10,685 bases of DNA from Candidatus Diapherotrites archaeon CG10_big_fil_rev_8_21_14_0_10_31_34. GTDB taxonomy: Archaea; Iainarchaeota; Iainarchaeia; Iainarchaeales; 1-14-0-10-31-34. Positions 1 to 5,925 of the stretch are shown here, in pieces. The translations under genes and the position numbers were made by a program. The stretch's first letter is position 1. The number at the start of each line of letters is the position of its first letter. The stretch spans positions 29,148 through 39,832 of the forward strand of contig PFAI01000020.1 of the NCBI GenBank assembly GCA_002763225.1, written 5' to 3'. The notes under the pieces are model-generated. The model did not search any database. It had not been told where the DNA came from and saw only the letters and a list, made by a program, of their open reading frames with translations.

Positions 1-504
1 TTCAACAAAACTGTCAACTAAGTCATCAACAAACGAACCCTTGTGTTCAATCAACAAAGAAGCAACTTCGCTTGGCTTAACCACAAAAAACAAGCTTTCT
101 CTCCCTCGTTTTTCTTTTCCTAAAACCTCTTCTTTAACTAACTGATCTAAATGCCATGAAGTAGTTGAAGGAGACAAAGAAACTGCTTTAGAAATACGTA
201 AATTGTTTGCTTTCTTTTTTTCCAATAAAAACAAAATAATCTTTCTGGCACTTTCTTTCCTTAAAAAAGACATTACTGCTTTTTCTTTTACAACAGATTC
301 TTTAACAGAATAATACCTTAAGAATTTTCCCTGCCTGAAAGTTTTAATTAAATGTTTTTTCTGCAAAAACTCTAAATGATATTGAAGACTTCCAACTGCA
401 AGCCCTGTTCTTCTCTCTAATTCCCTGAAATGCAGTCCAGGGTTTTCTTCAATTAAATCATATAGTTTTCTTCTGGAATCTAAATTTAATGCCTGATCAT
501 CCAT
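1..504 (-). CDS. Winged-HTH transcriptional regulator with two tandem HTH domains (COG3398-like); runs off the window edge
   Basis: Not in the ORF track. Hand translation from ATG at 504 is open for 168 codons to base 1: MDDQALNLDSRRKLYDLIEENPGLHFRELERRTGLAVGSLQYHLEFL...RKIILFLLEKKKANNLRISKAVSLSPSTTSWHLDQL...LVDSFVE. It contains two ArsR-like HTH units and starts 8 bp after the upstream stop codon. Confidence 0.85.
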   Translation of the reverse strand, partial: MDDQALNLDSRRKLYDLIEENPGLHFRELERRTGLAVGSLQYHLEFLQKKHLIKTFRQGKFLRYYSVKESVVKEKAVMSFLRKESARKIILFLLEKKKANNLRISKAVSLSPSTTSWHLDQLVKEEVLGKEKRGRESLFFVVKPSEVASLLIEHKGSFVDDLVDSFVE

Positions 505-512
505 ATTTCAAT

Positions 513-881
513 TCACTTTTTTGGCTTAAAAAACAATGCAACAAAAAACAAAGCTAAAATAATTAATTCAAAAACGTTTTCTGATGCATCACCTAAAAAC
601 CATCCGGGAGAAACAAACAAATCCAGTATCTTCAGAAACCCTTTAATGGCAAACAAAAAAAATGCTGTTCCAATCAGCAAAAATCTTTTTGACTTGGACT
701 TAAAATAAGCTTTAACTGCAATAAAACACAAAACCAAAGAAACAACAAAAACCAGAAATTTTGTAATAGAATCAAATGAATAAGCCATTTCAGTTAAAGG
801 CCTTAAAAAATCCCATGGCCCTGAAGCAAAAGCCAAAGGAATCAATAAAAATGAAACAAATAACAGTAAAATCTTTTTCAT
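513..881 (-). CDS. Small integral membrane protein (signal peptide or first TM helix plus about 3 more), probably co-transcribed with the HTH regulator
   Basis: N-terminus MKKILLLFVSFLLIPLAFA and three further hydrophobic segments; GGGGGT RBS at 888-893; 8-bp gap to the next gene. Confidence 0.75.
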   Translation of the reverse strand: MKKILLLFVSFLLIPLAFASGPWDFLRPLTEMAYSFDSITKFLVFVVSLVLCFIAVKAYFKSKSKRFLLIGTAFFLFAIKGFLKILDLFVSPGWFLGDASENVFELIILALFFVALFFKPKK

Positions 882-922
882 AGAATTACCCCCAAAATAA
901 TCAGCAACAAAAGCATTAAAAA

Positions 923-978
923 TAAACTTTTAGGAAAAGTTTAATCAAAAACAACTTTTAGAAAAAGTTGTATCAAAA
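923..978. repeat. Two tandem 28-bp palindromic units (9-bp stem, 3-nt loop, ATCAAAA tail)
   Basis: TAAACTTTT-AGG-AAAAGTTTA-ATCAAAA (923-950) and ACAACTTTT-AGA-AAAAGTTGT-ATCAAAA (951-978); both stems are perfect. Confidence 0.85.
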
Positions 979-985
979 AAAGTTT

Positions 986-1057
986 AAAAAAAAGAAGGAG
1001 GGAAAAAAAATCGTGAGGCGAAATTTTTTCCAGGGTGAAGGAAGATAAATTTTATTT
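986..1057 (-). ncRNA. Candidate small non-coding RNA or structured leader (about 70 nt; ends approximate)
   Basis: Upstream TTTATAAA at 1080-1087; hairpin at 1001-1031 (GGAAAAAA/TTTTTTCC plus TCG/CGA); T8 tract on the minus strand at 986-993; no convincing ORF. Confidence 0.3.
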
Positions 1058-1079
1058 CTAAAGTAATAGTAGTTTTGTC

Positions 1080-1095
1080 TTTATAAAGCCTTTTT
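1080..1095 (-). promoter_or_regulatory. Candidate archaeal BRE/TATA promoter
   Basis: Minus strand reads AAAAAGGC-TTTATAAA, a purine-rich BRE-like run followed by a consensus TATA box, with no start codon at the usual distance. Confidence 0.45.
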
Positions 1096-1150
1096 GGTAC
1101 AATACTTGCAGAATAATACAATAATCGAATCACACAATTATTGCCTTTTT

Positions 1151-2335
1151 TCAGCCTTTAATTCGTTTAATGTGTTTTCTGATTATTTCTGCTGAACCCT
1201 TTGAATGAAATGCCTCAAAAAACAATATTGCTTCAGCATAAGCACGGGATTCTAAAGCTAATTCAACTTCGTTTCTTAAAGAATAAATTCTGTTAAAAAA
1301 CAAAAGTTTTCCATTTTCATCTTTTGCAGTGGTCGCAAACTTAATGTATTTTCCAATTATTTCTTCATCGCTTTTACAGCCTTTTTCCATTGCTTTTTCC
1401 CTAAAGTTTTCTAAAGTCCATTCAATCAAATCAGTGTATAATTCTGGTTCCATTACTTTTAACACTTCAAAAAAAATGTTCTGCCAGAAAGTCCCTACAT
1501 TTCCTTTCAAAATATCTCCTGCAGGAAACTTTTTTTTGATTAATTCTCTCGGAGTTCCTGTTATTCCATGCTGGGCAAGCCTGACATTAAATCCTTCTTT
1601 TTTTAGTGCTTCAGCAACAGCCTTGGTTTGCTCTAAATTAATTGAAATCTGTGCAGTTGAATGACCTTTTTCATCATAAATGTTTCCATGAGTTGAACCA
1701 TTAGCTATTCCAATTACATTAGGGAAAACTCCTTTTTTGTTTAATTCTCGGATAAAAACAACTGCTTCTTCAGGGGTAGTTAAAATCATTCCTTGTTCAT
1801 TTTTTTTTCCAATTTCTCCTACTTCAACTTCTAATCCAAATTCTTTGTCAACCATTTTTTCTTTAATGTATTCAGCTAATTCAGCTGTAACATCAATGTT
1901 TTGTTTTAATTCTTCTTCAACAGTTTTTCCTTCAAAGTCAAACAAAAAAGATGCATCCAAGGCAAAAGAATTAAATCCGGCAGAAATCTGTGCATCAATT
2001 AATTTTTTTAGTTCCTGAATTTCTTCTTCTGTTCCTTTTTTGATTGTCATATGATCTGCATGCAATGACCAAATATCAAATCCAGTTTCTGATGCAGCTT
2101 CACGGCATTGTTCAGCAAAATCTTTTGGTTTTAATCCAGTATAGCCTCCGGTTAAATCTGATTCAGATTTAGCTAACTCCATTATTACAGCTGAATCAGT
2201 TTTTTTTGCTGCCTTAAAAATTCCTTTCAAAATCCCTTTTGTTATTCTTACATTGCAAGCCATTACAATTGCTTTTTCGTTTTTTAATGCATCAAACATT
2301 AAATTGCTTGGAATTGATTTAAAATTATTTGTCAT
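1151..2335 (-). CDS. fba: Class II (metal-dependent) fructose-bisphosphate aldolase family protein
   Basis: Motifs in order: SLHADH, FALDAS, EVEVGEIG, IANGSTHG, AQHGITG, KGNVGT; GAGGG RBS at 2341-2345. Confidence 0.9.
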   Translation of the reverse strand: MTNNFKSIPSNLMFDALKNEKAIVMACNVRITKGILKGIFKAAKKTDSAVIMELAKSESDLTGGYTGLKPKDFAEQCREAASETGFDIWSLHADHMTIKKGTEEEIQELKKLIDAQISAGFNSFALDASFLFDFEGKTVEEELKQNIDVTAELAEYIKEKMVDKEFGLEVEVGEIGKKNEQGMILTTPEEAVVFIRELNKKGVFPNVIGIANGSTHGNIYDEKGHSTAQISINLEQTKAVAEALKKEGFNVRLAQHGITGTPRELIKKKFPAGDILKGNVGTFWQNIFFEVLKVMEPELYTDLIEWTLENFREKAMEKGCKSDEEIIGKYIKFATTAKDENGKLLFFNRIYSLRNEVELALESRAYAEAILFFEAFHSKGSAEIIRKHIKRIKG

Positions 2336-2423
2336 TTTTTCCCTCTTTTTTAACTCACTTAAAAATCATTAATTAATAAAAAACACAAAACTTATTTAAT
2401 CACTTTGTGCATTAAACTAAATT

Positions 2424-2918
2424 ATGCCTGCGCCAAGAAGACTAATGAACAAAATGTCAAAAAACCATCAAAAATCACCATTCTCAAAATATTTTGCAAA
2501 AAAAATGAGAGAAAAAGCAAAAGAAAAATTTCTTGGAAGAATATTATCTAAAGAAGAGGCACTGGCAGAAAAAGGAATAAAACACCAAAAAAGAAATCCT
2601 GATGTGAATTTGCTTGGATTAAAATTAATGCCTCCTACTCAACTGGATATTGAAGCATTACAAAACGGAATGATTCCACCAAAGCTGGCTCATTTAGCAA
2701 AAAAAATGTCTTTACCCCAAATTCAAAGATTAATGAAATTATTATGGGAATATTACACTCAAGGAATGAGTGCAAGGTCAGCTGAATGGAAAGAATTAGA
2801 GCATATGCTAAACACTGCTTCAAAAGGGGCTGTAACAGCAAAAAAAGGGTTAAGGAGAACCGGGAATATCATTAGCATAAACAAATCCCACCCAATATTT
2901 TTCAGAAAAACAGGCTAA
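2424..2918 (+). CDS. Hypothetical Lys/Arg-rich basic protein
   Basis: 164-aa ORF filling the gap between fba and asnS without overlap; TTATTTAA at 2392-2399 about 25 nt upstream suggests a leaderless mRNA; no recognised motif. Confidence 0.65.
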   Translation: MPAPRRLMNKMSKNHQKSPFSKYFAKKMREKAKEKFLGRILSKEEALAEKGIKHQKRNPDVNLLGLKLMPPTQLDIEALQNGMIPPKLAHLAKKMSLPQIQRLMKLLWEYYTQGMSARSAEWKELEHMLNTASKGAVTAKKGLRRTGNIISINKSHPIFFRKTG

Positions 2919-2950
2919 ATTCAGTAAAAAGAAATTAGAAGAATTCTGGT

Positions 2951-4249
2951 TTAAGGATAACTTCTGTTCATTGTCCTTGGAAAAGGAATTGTTTCTTTGA
3001 TTGAATCTAATTTGCAAATCCATCTCAATAATCTTTCTATTCCAATTCCAAAACCTGAATGAGGGACACTACCATATTTTCTTAAATCCAAATACCAGTT
3101 ATAGTTCTCTAAAGGAATTTTTTCTTTCTTTAATTTCTTTAACATGTTTTCATTAACATCTTCTCTTTGGCCTCCGGTGCATAATTCTCCATAACCTTCT
3201 GGGCCAATTAAATCAAAAGAAAAACATTTTTTGGGGTCAGCCGTTTCTTTTGCATAAAACGCTTTAATTGCAGTTGGATAATCATAAATAAAAAACGGGA
3301 TTTTTTCATCTTCAGATAAAATTTTTTCTTCTTTAATGCTTAAATCCGTTCCCCAAGGAATCTTTGTTTTATATTTTTTTTCTAATACATCTATTGCTTC
3401 ATCATAAGAAATTCTTGAAAAAGGAACTCTGATTGCCTCCAAATCTTTTGGGTCTCTGCCTAACTGCTTTAATTCCACAGGATTTTCTTTAGCTATTTTT
3501 TGGCAGATAAAAGAAACCATTTTCTCTATTTCACCCATTTGGTCATCCATGTTCATCCAAGCACATTCTCCTTCCAAATGCCAGTACTCAGTTAAATGCC
3601 TTGCAGTCTTAGATTTTTCTGCTCTAAAAGAAGGAGTTAAACTAAAAACTTTTCCTAAAGCAAAAATCATTACCTCTAAATACATTTGACCTGACTGAGA
3701 AAGAAATCTTTGTTCTCCAAAATATTTTAATGGAAACAAAGTTGTTCCGCCTTCACAGGCATTTGGAGTGATTATTGCAGGACTGCATTCAAAATAATTT
3801 TCTTTTTTATAGAATTCTCTTACTGCATACAACATTGTTGAACGGATTTTCATTATTGAAGTCATTCTGGAACTTCTCATCCATAAATGTCTTACATCCA
3901 GTAAAAATTCTTCGCTTAAATCTTTTTGAATAGGAAAATTTTCGCTTGAACCAATTATTTTTGATTCATTTACCATTAATTCAAAATCATTTGGAGCCCT
4001 GGAATCCTCTTTTAGTTTTCCTTTTAATTCAATTGAAGCTTCAATAGAATTTTTCTGCAGTTCCTCAAAATCTTTTTTTTCAATTTTATCTGATTCAATA
4101 ATGCACTGCATTTCTCCTGTTTCATCTCTTAATAAAACAAAAATTTTGTCTTTGAGTTCTCTTTTTCTTTTAATCCAGCCTCTAACCGAAATACTTCCTT
4201 TTTTTTCAAAAGCTTTTTTAATTGAAATAAATTCTGTCTTTTCTTTCAT
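2951..4249 (-). CDS. asnS: Asparaginyl-tRNA synthetase
   Basis: N-terminal OB-fold (VRGWIKRKR...FVLLRD); CEGGTTLF, LSQSGQMYLE, motif 2 FRAEKSKTARHLTEYWHLE, PEGYGELCTGGQRE, motif 3 YGSVPHSGFGIGIER. Confidence 0.95.
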   Translation of the reverse strand: MKEKTEFISIKKAFEKKGSISVRGWIKRKRELKDKIFVLLRDETGEMQCIIESDKIEKKDFEELQKNSIEASIELKGKLKEDSRAPNDFELMVNESKIIGSSENFPIQKDLSEEFLLDVRHLWMRSSRMTSIMKIRSTMLYAVREFYKKENYFECSPAIITPNACEGGTTLFPLKYFGEQRFLSQSGQMYLEVMIFALGKVFSLTPSFRAEKSKTARHLTEYWHLEGECAWMNMDDQMGEIEKMVSFICQKIAKENPVELKQLGRDPKDLEAIRVPFSRISYDEAIDVLEKKYKTKIPWGTDLSIKEEKILSEDEKIPFFIYDYPTAIKAFYAKETADPKKCFSFDLIGPEGYGELCTGGQREDVNENMLKKLKKEKIPLENYNWYLDLRKYGSVPHSGFGIGIERLLRWICKLDSIKETIPFPRTMNRSYP

Positions 4250-4301
4250 TAAACCACTTCAATAATTTTAACTGCATTAAGATTTTAAAGTAATTCAGTT
4301 A

Positions 4302-5219
4302 TTATAAAACTATTTTTTCTCCTGGAATCCTTGGAAAAAGAGTGACTTCCCTGATGTGTTTTTTGCCGGTTAAAAATCTGATTAATCTTTCAACCCCAAA
4401 GCCTCCTCCTGCAGTAGGCTTTAACAACCCTTTTTCTGCTACAGCAAGATAAGATTCATAAGGAGCTAAATCCATTTTTCTTTCAAGAATTTTTCTTTTA
4501 ATTATTTCAAATTCAAATTCTCTTTCCCCGCCGGATAAAGCTTCCCCAAATCCTTCAGGATAAACCAAATCATAGTTTACATGCTTTTTTGTTTCGGGAT
4601 CCTGTTTGTCATAAAATTCCCTGTAATAATCTGTAATCCAAAAAGGCTGTTTTTCTTTTTCAGAAACAATTCTCTCAAAATCTTCCCCAAATTTTTCTTT
4701 TAATTCAGTGGAATCAAACACTTTAAATGGTTTAATTGGAACTGAAATTTTTCTGCCAAGTTTTTTTAGTTCTTGTTTGCATTCCTGTTTAACAAAAGAA
4801 AAAACATAAGAATAAAGCTCTTCAGTAAAATCCATAAACTCTCTTGAAGAAACTCTGGGCAATTCAATATCAACCTGAGAAAATTCAATTAAATGTTTTC
4901 CTGATTTCCCGCATTCTTCAAATTCTAATCTGATGTTTGGGGAAACAATATAAATTCCTTTAATTGAATCAGCCATCATAACCAATTGCTTGTGCAAAAT
5001 CATGCTTTTAGTTAGCTCGAGTTTTTGGCCATAATAATCAATTGAAGCATCAAACACACTATGACATAAAGGATCAGTCACAGGTGAAAGCATCACAGGC
5101 ATTAAATGCAATATTTCCCTTGAATACATAAAAGAATCAATTGCTTTTAGTGCAGCTGACTGAACTTTCATTATTTCTTTCATTTCCGGTTTCATTAAAT
5201 GAGATATAGTTTTCTGCAT
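4302..5219 (-). CDS. Archaeal-type asparagine synthetase A (AS-AR/AsnRS2; AsnRS catalytic-domain paralog without an anticodon-binding domain); start revised from 5273 to 5219 (305 aa)
   Basis: SPVTDPL, LTKSMILHKQL, SPNIRLE, REFYD, NYDL..PEGFGEALSGGERE and AGGGFGVERL match the Pyrococcus AS-AR pattern as I recall it; no OB-fold. AGGTGA RBS at 5227-5232 supports the ATG at 5219. Confidence 0.9.
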   Translation of the reverse strand: MQKTISHLMKPEMKEIMKVQSAALKAIDSFMYSREILHLMPVMLSPVTDPLCHSVFDASIDYYGQKLELTKSMILHKQLVMMADSIKGIYIVSPNIRLEFEECGKSGKHLIEFSQVDIELPRVSSREFMDFTEELYSYVFSFVKQECKQELKKLGRKISVPIKPFKVFDSTELKEKFGEDFERIVSEKEKQPFWITDYYREFYDKQDPETKKHVNYDLVYPEGFGEALSGGEREFEFEIIKRKILERKMDLAPYESYLAVAEKGLLKPTAGGGFGVERLIRFLTGKKHIREVTLFPRIPGEKIVL

Positions 5220-5226
5220 AAAAAAA

Positions 5227-5262
5227 TCACCTAAAATAATAGCAGCATAAAAACTATATAAA
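5227..5262 (-). promoter_or_regulatory. TATA box and RBS of the asparagine synthetase gene
   Basis: Minus-strand TTTATATA at 5255-5262 and AGGTGA at 5227-5232, 7 nt before the ATG at 5219. Confidence 0.65.
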
Positions 5263-5305
5263 AAAAATCCCAAAAAAATGGAAAAATTTACAAAAAATAC
5301 AATAA

Positions 5306-5337
5306 TTTAAATACTTTTTGGGACATTTGTTCCAAAA
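5306..5337 (+). promoter_or_regulatory. TATA box and 22-bp palindromic putative operator overlapping the Lrp/AsnC start
   Basis: TTTAAATA at 5306-5313; TTTTGGGACA-TT-TGTTCCAAAA at 5316-5337 (9 of 10 positions complementary), ending on the A of the ATG. Confidence 0.6.
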
Positions 5338-5771
5338 TGGAAGATAAAAGTGAACAAATACTTGAGTTTTTAAAGAAAAACAGCAAACTTTCCTTAAGGC
5401 AACTGGCAAAAAAAGCAGGAATTCCTTTAACTACTGCCCATAACAGAATAAAAAAAATGCAGGAAGAAGGAGTAATAAAAAATTATTCTGTTGAAGTTGA
5501 CTACAACAAATTAGGGTTTGGTTTATGCGCTTATATTATGGCTTTAATCAAACATGATTCAACACATAAGTCACAGCAGGAAATTGCAAAAAAAATCTTA
5601 AAATTAAGTTTTGTTGAATCAATTGACATTATTACAGGAGAATTTGATTTATTAATTAAAGTCAGAGCCAAAAATATTCCGCAGTTAAACAAGCTGATTA
5701 CAAAAGAACTAAGAAACATTGAAGGAATAGACAAAACCACTACACTGTTTGTATTAGAGGAGATGAATTAA
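5337..5771 (+). CDS. Lrp/AsnC family transcriptional regulator
   Basis: HTH SLRQLAKKAGIPLTTAHNRIKKMQEEGVI, linker VDYNKLG, RAM domain with ITGEFD and IEGIDKTTT; 144 aa. Confidence 0.95.
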   Translation: MEDKSEQILEFLKKNSKLSLRQLAKKAGIPLTTAHNRIKKMQEEGVIKNYSVEVDYNKLGFGLCAYIMALIKHDSTHKSQQEIAKKILKLSFVESIDIITGEFDLLIKVRAKNIPQLNKLITKELRNIEGIDKTTTLFVLEEMN

Positions 5772-5775
5772 ACGA

Positions 5776-5782
5776 TTTTTTT
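5776..5782 (+). terminator. Oligo-T archaeal terminator candidate for the Lrp gene
   Basis: T7 run starting 5 nt after the stop codon. Confidence 0.4.
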
Positions 5783-5783
5783 A

Positions 5784-5828
5784 AGTCAAAAACCATCAGT
5801 CAAAAACCAGTGGCACATGGTTTTTGAC
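5784..5828. repeat. Direct plus inverted repeat (REP-like)
   Basis: AGTCAAAAACCA at 5784-5795 and 5798-5809; inverted copy ATGGTTTTTGAC at 5817-5828. Confidence 0.8.
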
Positions 5829-5831
5829 GTT

Positions 5832-5882
5832 ACAAATTCCGCACAAAAATTAAACCACCATTTAAAAAATAGCGGAATTTGT
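5832..5882. repeat. Perfect 11-bp inverted repeat with a 29-nt spacer
   Basis: ACAAATTCCGC (5832-5842) and GCGGAATTTGT (5872-5882). Confidence 0.75.
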
Positions 5883-5909
5883 TTGATTAAATCCTTTGCC
5901 AAAAGTTGT
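5882..5909 (-). repeat. Degenerate third copy of the 923-978 palindromic unit
   Basis: Minus strand reads ACAACTTTT-GGC-AAAGGATTTA-ATCAAA: left arm identical to unit 2, same ATCAAA tail, decayed right arm. Confidence 0.55.
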
Positions 5910-5925
5910 TAATTGTTTTTTTAAC

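Noticed and set aside
923..978. CRISPR array
   Set aside because: The two 28-bp units are directly adjacent with no spacer, and there are no cas genes in the window.
1013..1048. 11-codon plus-strand ORF (GTG...TAA) after GGAGG
   Set aside because: The RBS is over 10 nt from the start, the start lies inside a hairpin, and nothing else supports coding.
1088..1150. GCCTTTTT direct repeat (1088-1095 and 1143-1150) as a target duplication
   Set aside because: Low complexity, and the enclosed sequence has no terminal inverted repeats.
1329..2018. Plus-strand ORFs 1329-1664 and 1737-2018
   Set aside because: Antisense shadows inside the well-supported aldolase gene.
2635..2841. 68-aa minus-strand ORF
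   Set aside because: Antisense within the longer 164-aa ORF, with no RBS or recognisable motif.
4302..5219. Truncated asnS pseudogene or EF-P lysine ligase (EpmA)
   Set aside because: The frame is intact with its own promoter and RBS, and the motifs (SMILHKQ, SPNIRLE, REFYD) are those of archaeal asparagine synthetase A.
5220..5273. 18-aa hydrophobic N-terminal extension of the asparagine synthetase (ORF-track start 5273)
   Set aside because: It spans the gene's own TATA box and AGGTGA RBS; the ATG at 5219 fits the RBS spacing and family length.
5531..5740. 69-aa minus-strand ORF
   Set aside because: Antisense shadow of the Lrp/AsnC gene.
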